Assembly (NCBI RefSeq): GCF_963506605.1
Contig: NC_083288.1
Coordinates: 28,458,001-28,522,000, forward strand
Source of the DNA: Zootoca vivipara
Lineage: Eukaryota
DNA length: 64,000 nucleotides
Direction of reading: 5' to 3'
The position numbers and the translations under genes are program-made. Below are positions 63,214 to 64,000 of this stretch, one piece after another. A model generated the notes under the pieces. The model ran no database searches, had not been told where the DNA came from, and worked only from the letters and a program-made list of their open reading frames with translations. Position 1 is the stretch's first letter. Each line of letters opens with the position of its first letter.

Positions 63214-64000
63214 TAGGATTCAAACAAGAAGGGGAGAGGAAATATTCTAGCAGCTTTGTTATGCATGATAGAACATCACAAGTCAACAACACACTGGGGA
63301 ATGATAATAATACCTGTCAAAATTGCTGGTTTATGCAACTGACATTCAGCACATGCTAGCGAGTTTCTAAAGAAGAGCTATAAAACACTTGTGTTCTTCA
63401 GAATTAGATCTAGGTAGAGGCAGGGCCCTGTCATTCTTCAGTTAGACAATCTCTCACTTATATATTAGGATATATTTCCACAAGCTGATTTATTTATTTT
63501 CTTTTTAAAAAATACATACAAAGTAAAGTGAGGAGATCTAGACTTGGATCTAGACTATATGAGACCTACCGGTACTCATATTAGCGGGAGATGTACAATA
63601 CAAAATAGGACAGTGGTCCTGCAATGAGCCATCTGAAAATTGTTGAGGTTCTTTACAGATCACGTAATGGTCTGCTTGTTGTAGCAATTTTAAGGTGCTG
63701 AGGCTGTATAATCTTAAATAGTATGCTATTGCTTCTTTGATTTTGAATCCTGTATTTTACTGCATTACAGCTTGAATTCTATAGAATTCTAAGTATTCTT
63801 CACAGCCTGAATGAAGCAAGCAGACCACTGGTGGTCTACAAACAACAATTTGAGAACCCCTGAACTAGGACACATGGGTACTGGCACCCAAAATCCATAA
63901 CAAGCCAAGTTGTGAATGAGCATTTGATTGATGCTGTAACAATTGCAATGCTATAGAGCATACCATGGGAAGTGACATATGGAGGGGACGTTTTGCCAAC
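61453..64000 (+). repeat. Segmental duplicate of the V2R upstream region (46120-49668)
   Basis: Collinear matches, e.g. 63300-63540 vs 48970-49225; the window end aligns to a few bases before ATG 49675. Confidence 0.88.
62505..63060 (-). mobile_element. LTR-like element, family X copy 5 (partial)
   Basis: Shares the gcctaac..ccttacaaagttgtgacaat..gtaggc..ttcctacc core; absent from the paralogous block at about 47970-48750. Confidence 0.65.

Overview
Vertebrate (squamate reptile, most likely lizard, inferred from Sauria SINE, BovB and lizard-type CR1/L2 content) chemoreceptor locus with two assembly gaps. It holds eight class II olfactory receptor genes: an OR6B1-like gene (+), an OR13/OR5V-like gene (+) and six tandem OR12D-like genes (-), two of them disrupted. 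A six-exon V2R vomeronasal receptor gene (+) follows, frameshifted in TM2, and the window ends in a duplicated upstream region that probably precedes a second V2R. Main finding: four OR12D-like paralogues have lost the usual in-exon ATG (now ACG/ACA) and each carries a conserved 22-nt upstream coding mini-exon (ATG + 6 codons + 1 nt, GTAGG donor) that splices in frame, so these are intron-containing OR coding sequences. Other notable items are an ENE-like U-rich internal-loop structure with covariation in a multi-copy LTR-like family, a minimal hammerhead ribozyme in a palindromic Penelope-like insertion, an L1 insertion in a V2R splice acceptor, and many hAT MITEs, solo LTRs and LINE fragments with readable target-site duplications (TSDs). 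Family names come from recalled motifs, not database searches.
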